Source of the DNA: a virus
Lineage: Duplodnaviria > Caudoviricetes
IMG/VR virus record: IMGVR_UViG_3300044501_000010
Location: 1 to 34,828 of that record
DNA: 34,828 nucleotides
Strand: one strand, 5' to 3'
The translations under genes and the position numbers were made by a program. How positions within the stretch are numbered: position 1 is the first letter of the stretch; each line of letters opens with the position of its first letter. Of this stretch, positions 24,849 through 34,441 are shown in pieces. The notes beneath the pieces are model-generated. The model was not told the origin of the DNA, did not search any database, and saw nothing but the letters and a program-made list of their open reading frames with translations.

Positions 24849-25178
24849 CTACTTGAACAGGCCGGCGATCTTTTCCGTGATCGCCCGCCACAGATGGTCA
24901 TATACTTCCTGGGCTGTCTTGAACACGATCTCCGCCTGGGTCAGCAGTGCAAAGGCAAAGGCGAAGGGGTCCACCGCGGGATCGGGCAAGGCAACCGGCG
25001 GCTTCCACGCGTAGACCAGTCCGGTCGAGGCCGCAAAGGCGACCGCCTTCTTGCCATCGGTCGGCAGCTCCCAAATCTGCCCGAACAGTCTGCCCAAGAG
25101 CGGAATTCCCGAGTTCACCGCCCAGGCCAGCGCCACACCCACCACGGTTACGACTGCGAAATCAATCACGATGTCCAT
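24849..25178 (-). CDS. Putative holin / membrane protein
   Basis: GGAGG RBS; 109 aa with 2-3 hydrophobic segments; end of the lysis cluster. Confidence 0.55.
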   Translation of the reverse strand: MDIVIDFAVVTVVGVALAWAVNSGIPLLGRLFGQIWELPTDGKKAVAFAASTGLVYAWKPPVALPDPAVDPFAFAFALLTQAEIVFKTAQEVYDHLWRAITEKIAGLFK

Positions 25179-26180
25179 GTTTCCTCCGAAGGTCTCTCAA
25201 GGTTAGGATCAAGATGGCTAGCACCGAAGCGCCCAACGGGAAGCAATAGATCAGCTCGATCCTTCGCTCCTCTCTGCCGGCCGGGGATGCGGTCAGCGTA
25301 GCACCAATCGTAGGGGCTGGCAAGACAGTCGGTCTGGGTGGGGGCGTGTGGGTGGCGGTGGGAGCCGCGATGGTTGCCGTGGAGAGCGCCTTCGCCGTCG
25401 CCGTAGCTATTGGCACGGCATTGACCAGATCCCATTCCTCCCAAAAGGCATTGTCCTGTGGGTATTCATCCCGCCAGATGTTCCCCTCAGGAAAGAAGCG
25501 CACGCTCCGTTGACCGCTTGGCCGACTGACCTGATTGATCCATGTGACACTGGGTGAGCGGAAGCTCTCGAACCCGCGTAGCTCGATCGGGAATTCCTCC
25601 AAGTTGGCGAAGGCGATCTCCTCCGCGAATTGCCAGGTCAGGTAGAAGTCCCCGAGCTGCTCGTCGGTTGGGCAGAGCATTGACCGCAGCGCGTGGTATT
25701 GATTCAGTTCTTTGCAGGGGAAGTAGATCGCGTCGGCCGCACGGACCGGGCTGTATTGGCACCCGCCATTGCAGAGTGCCTCGACCGCGATGCTCGTCTC
25801 CGGTCCCCAGCGATCGGCGACCGCCAGGTATCCGGGCAACGCCTCCTTGAACCCCAGGGCGGCCCGCAGTCGGATCGACCACATGACGTAGACCCGGTCG
25901 CTCAGGCTGCCCGGCGCCTCACCCATCGCCACCCGCGTCAGAATGAGGGCATCACTCTCCGCATGTAGACAGCGATTGATCGATCCCCCGCAGGTCCAGA
26001 CGCTCTCGATGCGGAACTGGTCGGCGAGCTCCGGGCCGATCTGCTCGTAGAGCGGCGCGGCGGCGGTCGGACTCGGGGTCGGAGTGGGAATACTGGCGGT
26101 TGTTTTGAGGGGAAGGCTCAGGCCCGCGGCCAGCAGCAGGGCACCGAGCCAGCGGACTAACAGGGTAGGGGTTGTCTCAT
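25162..26180 (-). CDS. SleB/Hydrolase_2-like cell-wall hydrolase with signal peptide, Pro/Thr linkers and C-terminal TM; start codon is out of frame
   Basis: Frame is open from 26184 to 25162: LLVRWLGALLLAAGLSL, PTPTPSPT, ILTRVAMGEAPG..YVMW.IR.R...TSI..EAL....QYSPV. The nearest ATG (26180) is in another frame. Confidence 0.5.
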
Positions 26181-26184
26181 CGGA

Positions 26185-26475
26185 TCACTGCTCCCGGCGG
26201 AAGTTGGAGATGATGAAGGCGATCGCCGGCCCAAAGATCGCACCGATCGCGGCGGTCGCCCGGTCCCAAGCCTTTAAGCTCTTCACGGTATCCTCGAACG
26301 CGTCCATCCGATCCTTCTGCGCCACCTGGCGCTCATCCAGCCGCGCGACCACCAGGGAGGTCTCGATCACCTTGTCCTTGACATGCTTGACTTCTTGCTT
26401 GACTTCGCCGATGGCCGTAAGGATCCTGACCTCTTGAGCGTCCAGCTTGCGGGTGACGTCGTCGTTCAGGGCCAT
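26185..26475 (-). CDS. Coiled-coil protein with a C-terminal TM helix (XhlA/holin-like)
   Basis: GGAG RBS and TGATG coupling to the endolysin; AAIGAIFGPAIAFII then basic residues. Confidence 0.6.
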   Translation of the reverse strand: MALNDDVTRKLDAQEVRILTAIGEVKQEVKHVKDKVIETSLVVARLDERQVAQKDRMDAFEDTVKSLKAWDRATAAIGAIFGPAIAFIISNFRREQ

Positions 26476-27239
26476 CAGGTCTCCGTCACCGTCACGTCGA
26501 TGGTACCGGCAGGAGCGCGGATTTCAACAGGGACTTTCGGGCTAGGCAGCGGAGGGGGCGGGGCTGATCCTAAGCCGAGGAATTGACGAAACTGATCTTC
26601 GCTGTTGTTCACAACGTTGTAATCCATGCTTTCAGATTGGGCACCGACGGGCTTCCCGCCGGAAGTCCATTGCCACAGCGCCCAATCGGTCCAGCCTTTC
26701 GAGAGGGTATCCGGTTTCTTCGGGGCTTCGGGCTGTTGCGAAATATCAATCCCGCCCCGCGGCGCGCTGAAAATGTATTCGGCTTCCCAGAGTGGATAGG
26801 TGTTTTCCCAACCAGCCGCGACGGTCCACCACCAGGAAGCAGAGTAGACGAATACTTTTTTCTGCAGCACAGTGGTCACGCGCTCCAGCCAGATTTTCGC
26901 CTGAGCCTGGATCACGGCCTTGGTTAGCCCATGATCGAGTTCCACATCCAAGACCGCCAGATCGACCGGCCCGCACTTCGCCAAGAAACTATCAGCCTCA
27001 CGCAGCGGGTTCTTGTTCGCCGGCCACAAAACATGATAGCCACCAAAGATCATGCCATTCTCCCGCGCCTGTTTCTGACTGTTGTGATAGAAGTCCAGGG
27101 ATCGCCCAGCGGAGGATCCATCCTCGGAAAACCCTATCGTGCAACGGGCGACGATCCCACAGAAGCCCGCTGCCCTGATCTTCATGCCATCGATCATGCT
27201 TTGATAGCGGCTCACGTCAGCTAATGCAGCCCTTGTCAT
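26475..27239 (-). CDS. Endolysin, GH25 muramidase
   Basis: DVSRYQ, GGYH, EADSF, VLDVE, FVYS, LWEAEY, WALWQWTS and MDYN; AGGAG RBS before ATG 27239. Confidence 0.9.
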   Translation of the reverse strand: MTRAALADVSRYQSMIDGMKIRAAGFCGIVARCTIGFSEDGSSAGRSLDFYHNSQKQARENGMIFGGYHVLWPANKNPLREADSFLAKCGPVDLAVLDVELDHGLTKAVIQAQAKIWLERVTTVLQKKVFVYSASWWWTVAAGWENTYPLWEAEYIFSAPRGGIDISQQPEAPKKPDTLSKGWTDWALWQWTSGGKPVGAQSESMDYNVVNNSEDQFRQFLGLGSAPPPPLPSPKVPVEIRAPAGTIDVTVTET

Positions 27240-27247
27240 CCCGTCTC

Positions 27248-27448
27248 CTATGTCTCCATCGCGAAGATGGCCGCCCACTCAGGGTCATAGATCCCAGCGG
27301 CTATCCCCACGTTCGTCACCGTCTCTTCTTGCCGCATGAGGTCCCCAAAGGATGATGAGTAAGTCGCCGTAAGACCGGTGACTTCGGCCTTGAGAGCAGC
27401 TAATTGGGACATCGTTATATATATGTCGCCGTCTATGGCTAGGGACAT
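27248..27448 (-). CDS. Small hypothetical protein
   Basis: 66 aa, filling the gap between the tail-tip gene and the endolysin. Confidence 0.55.
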   Translation of the reverse strand: MSLAIDGDIYITMSQLAALKAEVTGLTATYSSSFGDLMRQEETVTNVGIAAGIYDPEWAAIFAMET

Positions 27449-27449
27449 C

Positions 27450-28571
27450 TTATCTCGCCAATCTTTTCAGCAGGGCCTCCGCGAACTGGTTTCGATCTGT
27501 TTTGATGCTGACCGTATCCGTGTCGCCGTCATAAATCATCCCGACGATATAGGTCGTCGAGGGATCCTCGATGTGATTGTCGTATACCACGCCTCGCGGA
27601 AGCTGCATCCCCTCCACTTTGATCCAATTGTCGGGCCGAAGTTCGTTCGGCGCAATCGCCGCCCCGGAGCTGTCGTAGATCCTAGCCCGTGGGTCCCACA
27701 TCCCCACCGCATACTTTACGGTTCCCGTCACCGATGCGGCCGACCGGTAGTAGAAGTCACGCTCACCCGTGATCCCGGCGACCATCCGATCACTGGATGC
27801 GTTGCCGGCCTCCACCAAGCTCGCGATGACTTCCATGGCGTACCGGTCGGAGTCGTAGGTCCGGTTCACCGAAAACGTATTGGTCTCGATGGTCTGGGTC
27901 CGCATGAACTCGGCCACGTCCAGGGCATCATCCACAACGGTACTCGCATTGGCAGTCCCGCCTATAGCGGTTTGGTTGTGCACCCGCCAGCCTAGGGTAT
28001 GCCAGTACCCTAAGCATTTGACGAGGAGCGTATCCTGTCCCTGAGCTTTGGCTCCTGGATTAATGGATCGGATGGAGGCGACCGGCCACGCGATCCACTT
28101 CAAATCCTTCTGGGCATAAAGATTTGCCGACGCGGTCGGAGCCTGACCGGCGATCAGGACCCGCACCTTTATTCCGTACCGGGCTTGGCTGAGCGAATCA
28201 CTGTAGGTCCCACCTCGGATCACACCCACCCCTGCGTCGTGTCGTACCCAGAGCTGGTTGGCCATGTCGTCCAGGGAGGACATGACCTCGTTGCCCCCGC
28301 GTTGGTACGACACCGAATGGATATATCCGATCCAATCCCGGATGCCGCGTTCATTGAAGATTTCCACCTGCCGCCCCAGCCCATTGTTCAGGAAATCGTC
28401 AGCCAGTGCCCGGGTTACGAGCCGAGGATGGACCTCGAATGTGGCGGACCAATCTCCCCCGATGTCCCGGTGCTCGAAGCGTACGTTCTGGATCTGCTCA
28501 GCGCTGAAGCTCTGGGCAAACTGCTCCCATCTCTTTACCGGATTGGCGGAGACGACGATCGACGCGATCAA
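27450..28571 (-). CDS. Tail-tip/hub-like protein
   Basis: WIGYI, DDMANQLWV and DSLSQARYGIK motifs; downstream of the tape measure. Confidence 0.65.
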   Translation of the reverse strand: MIASIVVSANPVKRWEQFAQSFSAEQIQNVRFEHRDIGGDWSATFEVHPRLVTRALADDFLNNGLGRQVEIFNERGIRDWIGYIHSVSYQRGGNEVMSSLDDMANQLWVRHDAGVGVIRGGTYSDSLSQARYGIKVRVLIAGQAPTASANLYAQKDLKWIAWPVASIRSINPGAKAQGQDTLLVKCLGYWHTLGWRVHNQTAIGGTANASTVVDDALDVAEFMRTQTIETNTFSVNRTYDSDRYAMEVIASLVEAGNASSDRMVAGITGERDFYYRSAASVTGTVKYAVGMWDPRARIYDSSGAAIAPNELRPDNWIKVEGMQLPRGVVYDNHIEDPSTTYIVGMIYDGDTDTVSIKTDRNQFAEALLKRLAR

Positions 28572-28822
28572 ATCTCCTTGCCCTCCAGCTTTATTGTTAC
28601 CTCATCGATAAAATCGGTTTGCTTCTGGTCGGCTTCCTTTATCTGCTCCGCCGCGTCCAGGATGGTTTTTTCCAGCTCCTCAGCCGAAGCTGGATCGAGA
28701 GACATCGCCACCGATCTGACCAAGGTCCAGCTATTTCCATCCGGCGACTTTTCGAGATCGAATGCCGCCTCGATCGTGTTCGCCAGCAGCGCCATGTTCA
28801 GATTCTTAATTCGGTACTTCAT
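28568..28822 (-). CDS. Hypothetical protein (84 aa)
   Basis: True start is probably ATG 28822 (TGATG overlap; MKYRIKNLN). Confidence 0.6.
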   Translation of the reverse strand: MKYRIKNLNMALLANTIEAAFDLEKSPDGNSWTLVRSVAMSLDPASAEELEKTILDAAEQIKEADQKQTDFIDEVTIKLEGKEI

Positions 28823-30846
28823 CAGTCGCTCCCGCGCAATCCGAGATATTGATTGTGGACGTAGACCTGGACCGCCATATGCATCCCTAGTTCGGCCACC
28901 ATCGGGGGTGTCCCGAAGGTCGTGGGGTAGGACATCATCAGACAATACACACCAGTCACCACTCCGGGGTCGAGCTTCATGGGAGATCCGCCCCGGCCCC
29001 ACCGAGAGGCAATGTATAACGTCCCACCGCTATTGAAGTACTTCACCGTCCGGTCGACCATCACACCACCATCACAGTCCAAGACGGAGCCACCCCGGAG
29101 GGCCGTCGCTCCGCTCGTTATATCTGACACTGGATCGTCCAGTTCGACGGACCACAGGTCTATCGGGATGAGGATCATGTCGTAGAGGCGCAGGGTGGAG
29201 GCGCCCGTGGTCCGCTCGGCGTGCAACTCGAAATACAGTTCCCCGCCCGTGAACACATCAGTGGAGATGGCCTCGCTGAACGGGATGCTGATTTGCCCTA
29301 GATCCACCACCTCGAGGCCCGCCGCCACGGCCGCCAGCTTGACTGTCGGGGTCTCAAATTTTGGTGAGTAGACAAAGTTTTCGTGGACGAAGGCCACCAC
29401 CTTGATTTGGGTGTCCCCGACCGCGCCACCGATCTGCTGCGCCCTCACGAAGATCCGGTATTTCCCCAGATAGTCCGGCAGGACGTTGGTCCCAGTGAGC
29501 CGGGCGCGGGCGATCATCGTAGCATTGGTGGCGAATGTGCAATTGGCATGTCTACCGATGATCCCGCGTCTGTCGGTGGCAACGACCGTAGTGTCCGTCA
29601 AGAGTGCCCCTGTCCATCCCGTAGCTAAGTTGGCTCCCGTATTTAATATCAGATCACTTACGAATGACCCAGGTGAGGATTTAGCACCCAAAACAATCCT
29701 CGATGTATTTCCAAACCCCTCGCTGTTATCGCCTCCCGAGGGGGTCAAGATACGTAGATTGACCAGTGGGGAGATGTCCCCCTTCGTGGCGGCGGCCGGG
29801 ATGGAGAACGCATTGGACCGGACGGCCGCCGGAGCTGAGGTTCCGTGGACAGGCGTCGTCGTCCAGGAAGACAATCCCGAGATTCGGATGCGAATGTATT
29901 GTCTCACCGCCCCATTAATGGAGATACTCACCATGTCGGTAGGCGGTTGAAACATCACGACCCACTCACCGGTCGATTTGAATAGATTGTCCGTGATGGA
30001 TTGTGGGTAGATGAGTAGGCTTGTGCCCTGGACCAATGTTTGCCAGAGAGTACCGTTCCAGTATTCGACCAACAAGTTCCCCGAGAACACCCCGGCGGTC
30101 GTGATGGTCAGCAAGAAATGTCGGGTTAGAATATCTGTATCAGCGGCATTCCCCCCGAGGTAGATGATGTCCTGGACAGCCGGTACAGAGCCACTAACGC
30201 TCCATAGGGACCAGGATGCTGTGTCAGCAAAATTGGGGGAAAAAGCCGCCGCCGAATTGTCATAATTCCAGATCGTGTCGATCTCCAACCCCGCACCACT
30301 CCCCTCCCTAGCGTTTGAGAGGTGTACGGTTGTCGGGCTTGCTGGCATACCGGTGGCGTCGTAGCCCAAAGTCGCCGCCGTCGGAAGCACCCCTGGGATG
30401 CCGGAACGCCACATGAATCGATGAATGGTCACTCCGTAGTCCTCGATCAAATTGACGGCCTCGAACGGGACATCCATGAAATCCGGATTGCTGATCTCGG
30501 GGGATTGGTAGACCAGCGCGTAGCGGGGGTTGGTTTCGCCGGTCGTCTGCTGTTTGAGATAGACCGGCACTCTCTGAGTGGGATCGTTGTGGAAGCGCCA
30601 AGCCTTGCGGAGCAGCTCGATGAGATCCCTGGTCTGGGTAGCCAGGTTGTCGTGGCTTGAGCCCTTGATGTCCAAATTCCACTGCTCGGTGAAGATCTGG
30701 GCCTCCAAGGCGCCAGAGGCATCGAGTTGATGTGGGGCGAAGCGGCTCATGCCAAAGCCGCCTGCTCTGGCGATGATGCCCGTCGCGGCGGGATTGATCA
30801 GATTGACGGTCTTCGTTCCATCGGTGATCTCGAAGATCCGCGGCAC
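28822..30846 (-). CDS. Minor tail protein (distal-tail-like with inserted beta-rich domains)
   Basis: 674 aa directly after the tape measure; ITDGTKTVNL N-terminus; VEYWNGT.W..L and YIRIRIS carbohydrate-binding-like segment. Confidence 0.65.
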   Translation of the reverse strand: MPRIFEITDGTKTVNLINPAATGIIARAGGFGMSRFAPHQLDASGALEAQIFTEQWNLDIKGSSHDNLATQTRDLIELLRKAWRFHNDPTQRVPVYLKQQTTGETNPRYALVYQSPEISNPDFMDVPFEAVNLIEDYGVTIHRFMWRSGIPGVLPTAATLGYDATGMPASPTTVHLSNAREGSGAGLEIDTIWNYDNSAAAFSPNFADTASWSLWSVSGSVPAVQDIIYLGGNAADTDILTRHFLLTITTAGVFSGNLLVEYWNGTLWQTLVQGTSLLIYPQSITDNLFKSTGEWVVMFQPPTDMVSISINGAVRQYIRIRISGLSSWTTTPVHGTSAPAAVRSNAFSIPAAATKGDISPLVNLRILTPSGGDNSEGFGNTSRIVLGAKSSPGSFVSDLILNTGANLATGWTGALLTDTTVVATDRRGIIGRHANCTFATNATMIARARLTGTNVLPDYLGKYRIFVRAQQIGGAVGDTQIKVVAFVHENFVYSPKFETPTVKLAAVAAGLEVVDLGQISIPFSEAISTDVFTGGELYFELHAERTTGASTLRLYDMILIPIDLWSVELDDPVSDITSGATALRGGSVLDCDGGVMVDRTVKYFNSGGTLYIASRWGRGGSPMKLDPGVVTGVYCLMMSYPTTFGTPPMVAELGMHMAVQVYVHNQYLGLRGSD

Positions 30847-30850
30847 GAAA

Positions 30851-32311
30851 TCAACCCCCCAGCCAGCTTCGCATCATGGCATCGAAGGCCTTGAGATCCA
30901 AGCCACTGTTGATGTTGATGGTGGCTCCGCTGAGAACATTGCTGCTTGGCGCCGCCTGATTCGCCGGTGTGACGGTGACGGTTTCGCCGCGGGTCGCCAA
31001 GAAAGAAATGGGCACCCGATCAGATCCTTGGGGACCCATGACGGTGAATTGCCCCCCTTGCTGGAAACCTCCCGGACCTCCCACCCCTAGTTCATGAGGC
31101 ACACGGATCTCCTCGATGGTGATTGTGATTGATTTGTCCGTGAGTGCCTCCAAATCATTTCGGATCGCTCCAATCATCCGCCGCGGATTTTCTAGGCTGA
31201 TCCCGAGCGCCTCGGCTTTGCTGGTAGCCTGTTCGAAGGTGATCAGCTCGGTATCAACTTTTATATTCAGGACCTCCAACTGGATCGCCTCCATGAGGTC
31301 GTTCATCTCCTGTAGGTTGATGCCGCCCGTGTCGAAGGCCGTGGCGACGTCGGCCGCTAGGTTGCCGAGCGCCTCGCCGCCGGCTGCCTGGAAGATGGTC
31401 AGGTTCAACATCTGCTCAATCGTGTCCTCGAGGCCGAGCGAGAGCATCCGGAAGGACTCGGCCGCCTCGCCGGCGATGGTGCTGGTCTGCTCGAGCGGAG
31501 TTTGCAGGTCGATGATTGGATCATGGGCCTCCTTTGCCGCGGTCGTCAACTCGCGCAATCGGTCGGCCGCGATGCCAGTACCCTCCTCGAACAAACCGAC
31601 CGAGATGGCCCAATTGTTGAAAGCCTCGTTGATGCCCGGCGCCCATTGGGGCAGGTCCTGCAGAATGTGGATGTAGGGCAGCAAGCCCTCAACCAGGAAT
31701 CTGCCAACCGCCAATCGCCCGGCCTCGATGGCGTCCTGCCATTCGTCCTGAGCGATTTCCCATTCGCGGGCCTTGGCGATGGCCTCATCGGTCATGATCA
31801 GATTCTCGCTGATCGCCGCGGATTGCTCCCGGATGGCATCCCCGCCAGCCTCGAGCAATGGATTGATCACCGCCCAGTTGCGGCCAAAGATCTTCGAGAG
31901 AGCAGCCGCTCTCTCGGTTGGGCTCTGGATCCCATTCATCTCGTCAGCCAGGTTGGCTAGGTTCTCGACCGAGGGGGCAAAACCATTCTTGACCGCTAGT
32001 TGCAGCGCACCCCGCAGCTCGCCCACCTCAATCTTATAGTCGTCCGAGAGCTGGATGAGCCGACTGGTCTCCTCGGAGCTGGTCCCCAACGCGAGCGAGA
32101 GCTCCTTGACCTGCCTGGCGTAGTTGATGAAGGGGGTGATCGCCGCGTCGACGATCTTGACAGCCCCGGCGATCGCCGCTCCGCCTGCTGCCGCGAAGAC
32201 GCCGAGTTGCTTGAAGGCGGCCCCGACCTCGCCCGCGCCGCTCTGCACCTTGCGCAGAGTCGTGGTGGCCTGGTCAGTCGCCTTCAGTACGAATTCAAGC
32301 TTCTTCGCCAC
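30851..32311 (-). CDS. Tape measure protein
   Basis: LKATDQAT N-terminus, Ala-rich helical body, IFGR motif and FQQGG.F.V.G..G.D.V......GE.V C-terminus. Confidence 0.85.
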   Translation of the reverse strand: MAKKLEFVLKATDQATTTLRKVQSGAGEVGAAFKQLGVFAAAGGAAIAGAVKIVDAAITPFINYARQVKELSLALGTSSEETSRLIQLSDDYKIEVGELRGALQLAVKNGFAPSVENLANLADEMNGIQSPTERAAALSKIFGRNWAVINPLLEAGGDAIREQSAAISENLIMTDEAIAKAREWEIAQDEWQDAIEAGRLAVGRFLVEGLLPYIHILQDLPQWAPGINEAFNNWAISVGLFEEGTGIAADRLRELTTAAKEAHDPIIDLQTPLEQTSTIAGEAAESFRMLSLGLEDTIEQMLNLTIFQAAGGEALGNLAADVATAFDTGGINLQEMNDLMEAIQLEVLNIKVDTELITFEQATSKAEALGISLENPRRMIGAIRNDLEALTDKSITITIEEIRVPHELGVGGPGGFQQGGQFTVMGPQGSDRVPISFLATRGETVTVTPANQAAPSSNVLSGATININSGLDLKAFDAMMRSWLGG

Positions 32312-32582
32312 GCCTCAGCTTCTGGACCGCCATGACGACATCCCATTCGTCGGGGTGGGCAGTCTTCCAATCCTTTTCCTTGCCGGGCTGACGTTGATGC
32401 CAGGATCGCGTCGCTGACCAGACATTGTAAACGGCGGTCATCCGCTCAAGCAGACCGGCCGGTTGGTCGAGCAAGCCACCGGGTTCGGGCAGCGCGCCCC
32501 AGCTCCGAGCCTGGAGGGCAAGTATAAGTTCCCTAGGCGGCGGGCTCTTGCCCTCGGCGTGGTCGGCCGCCGCCCGGATCAT
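32295..32582 (-). CDS. Tail assembly chaperone, second (T-like) ORF
   Basis: WGALPEPGGLLDQP; in the -1 frame relative to the upstream chaperone; has its own ATG at 32582. Confidence 0.7.
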   Translation of the reverse strand: MIRAAADHAEGKSPPPRELILALQARSWGALPEPGGLLDQPAGLLERMTAVYNVWSATRSWHQRQPGKEKDWKTAHPDEWDVVMAVQKLRRGEEA

Positions 32583-32857
32583 TCCGGGGGGATCGTTAGC
32601 ACCTCGGCGACGTGCCTCGAGATCTTGGAGGCAATCCAGACGATCAACTTCGGCGAGAGCCCGCCGGGGTCGCCCAGGCCATTCAGCCATCCGAGCTCGG
32701 CCGCCAGCCTCACGGCGCCGCCGGCGTATTCGACCGATGAAATCTTGTTGATGTCGATGCCTTTTTCGCGCATACTCGCGAAGAAAGCCTCTAGCTCGCG
32801 CTGCTTGAGATCCGGCAGGTCGACGGCGAAGCCCAGCTTCTTGTGCTCGTACCTCAT
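32579..32857 (-). CDS. Tail assembly chaperone (G-like)
   Basis: ATG 32857 overlaps the tail tube stop (ATGA); 92 aa ending ATC CCC CCG GAA TGA. Confidence 0.7.
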   Translation of the reverse strand: MRYEHKKLGFAVDLPDLKQRELEAFFASMREKGIDINKISSVEYAGGAVRLAAELGWLNGLGDPGGLSPKLIVWIASKISRHVAEVLTIPPE

Positions 32858-33855
32858 GGCAGCGTGGCCAGCTCGTTGATCACCGCGATTTCCAAAAACC
32901 GGGCCGCGGTCGCGTTGTAGCGAGGGCGCAAGGTCACCGTGAGAATATCGTTTCCATCGGCTTCGTCGAGCTTCGAGACCTTCTCGATCTTGGAAGCGCA
33001 ATCGATCCGGATGGTCTTCTTGGTGAAGCTGGTTCCCGGTGTCGCTAGGGTACTGCCCTCGAACTGGATCCGGAATAGCCGGGCCGTCTCCGCCCGCCAA
33101 TCCACCTTGCGGGCCGCGCCCACCGCGTCGTGCTCGAAGGTCAGATCGATGGTCACCTCCGGCTTGGTGATCTTATGGAAGCTGAAGAACTTGTTCCCGT
33201 CGGCGGCGAACACCGGCACCCAGCCGGTCTTGCAATTCAGGGTCATGCCCAGCAAAGTATTGGACTGCAGAGTCGTTCCGATCGTCCCTCCGATGGCGTC
33301 GATGAACAGCTTGCCCAGAGAAAAGATCACGTCCTCCACGGTGGGCAGGGTGGCGCCCCCGGCGAAGGCGTTGAGCGCCACCTGCCGGCCGATCCAGTCG
33401 GCGCTCATCATCAGCGCCTCGCCGCCAGCGCCCGAAAGCGCGAAGGCGTCCACGAAGGCATACTCCATCCGCTCGGCCTCCTGGTCGTCGCCGCCCTCGA
33501 GCGTGTAGGTGCGGATCGTGTTCTTGGCCGTGGTCGGGAAGGTGTAGGTGTAGATCTTCCCCGACCCGGCTCCGTCCGCCACGCCGGTCTCTACCAGTTT
33601 GACCCCGGCATTGAGGATGTGAGGGAGCTGCTCGAATGTGGCCGGCACCTCCTCCATCGCCAGGGCCGCCAGCAGCTTCGCGGTGAACGTCCGGTCCTGC
33701 CCGCTGATGTAGCCGATGTCCTCTTCGACGTAGGTGACTTCCCGTTGATCCTCGATGGTACCGAGGCCGCGCCAGATCGTCGTCGCGGCGCCCGGTGTCC
33801 CGGCGGTGACTTCCTTGAACAGCTGTATCTTTCTGAGGGCGCGAATTCCCGGCAT
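32854..33855 (-). CDS. Major tail tube protein
   Basis: RKIQL.KE.T.GT N-terminus, YTYTFP and YTLEGGD; AAGGAG RBS; synteny. Confidence 0.8.
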   Translation of the reverse strand: MPGIRALRKIQLFKEVTAGTPGAATTIWRGLGTIEDQREVTYVEEDIGYISGQDRTFTAKLLAALAMEEVPATFEQLPHILNAGVKLVETGVADGAGSGKIYTYTFPTTAKNTIRTYTLEGGDDQEAERMEYAFVDAFALSGAGGEALMMSADWIGRQVALNAFAGGATLPTVEDVIFSLGKLFIDAIGGTIGTTLQSNTLLGMTLNCKTGWVPVFAADGNKFFSFHKITKPEVTIDLTFEHDAVGAARKVDWRAETARLFRIQFEGSTLATPGTSFTKKTIRIDCASKIEKVSKLDEADGNDILTVTLRPRYNATAARFLEIAVINELATLP

Positions 33856-33858
33856 GGC

Positions 33859-34026
33859 TTACTCCTTGGCCTTGGCTTTCGGCTTTTCGTACAGACCGGA
33901 GGCGAGCAAGGCTTTCTCGCCCCCGTGCCGCTTGACTTCCTCATCGGTCAGGTCCCGGGCGGGCACGTCCGGCAACGAGCCGCCGTGGCCGCCTCCGGTG
34001 TAGATCAGTCCCTTGTCAGGCAACAT
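33859..34026 (-). CDS. Small hypothetical protein (55 aa; not in the ORF track)
   Basis: MLPDKGLIYTGGGHGGSLPDVPARDLTDEEV...LLASGLYEKPKAKAKE; fills the gap before the tail tube gene. Confidence 0.65.
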   Translation of the reverse strand: MLPDKGLIYTGGGHGGSLPDVPARDLTDEEVKRHGGEKALLASGLYEKPKAKAKE

Positions 34027-34441
34027 TGGATTGCACCTTCACTTCCTCGACGATGAAACGGAATCCTAGGGTGTCGACGCCCCCGTAGCCCAGCGGCCCG
34101 AAGGTATACGAGATGGCGCCGAAGGTGTCGATCGTGAAGTTCCACTTGTTGTCGTCCTTGAGCTTCAAGAATAGCAGGTTGGGCAGGATGTCGGAATAGT
34201 CCATCGCCTTGTCGAAGTCCCTGGGCAGGTCCTTCCGCATGACGTGAATCTCGATGGCGATGTTGTGCAGGCCGGTCTTCGACCCGGCCGGCGCCATCCG
34301 CCAGGTGCCGCTCGAGGGATAGCTGATCGCGAAGGGGAAGGCGTTCATCTGCTCCGGCGGCTGAGAGGGAGCCTTGCGGATACCTGTCAGGGTGGCCACG
34401 TAGGTCTGGACCTGGGCGATGACGGTCTCGAGCGAGGCCAT
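34016..34441 (-). CDS. Tail terminator/completion protein
   Basis: 141 aa; PPEQ...FPFAI; between the gp10-like gene and the tail tube. Confidence 0.65.
   Translation of the reverse strand: MASLETVIAQVQTYVATLTGIRKAPSQPPEQMNAFPFAISYPSSGTWRMAPAGSKTGLHNIAIEIHVMRKDLPRDFDKAMDYSDILPNLLFLKLKDDNKWNFTIDTFGAISYTFGPLGYGGVDTLGFRFIVEEVKVQSNVA

Noticed and set aside
26185-26187. Genome-wide TGA recoding suggested by one in-frame TGA
   Set aside because: Many genes end in TGA with ATGA/TGATG coupling, and conserved genes are uninterrupted under the standard code.
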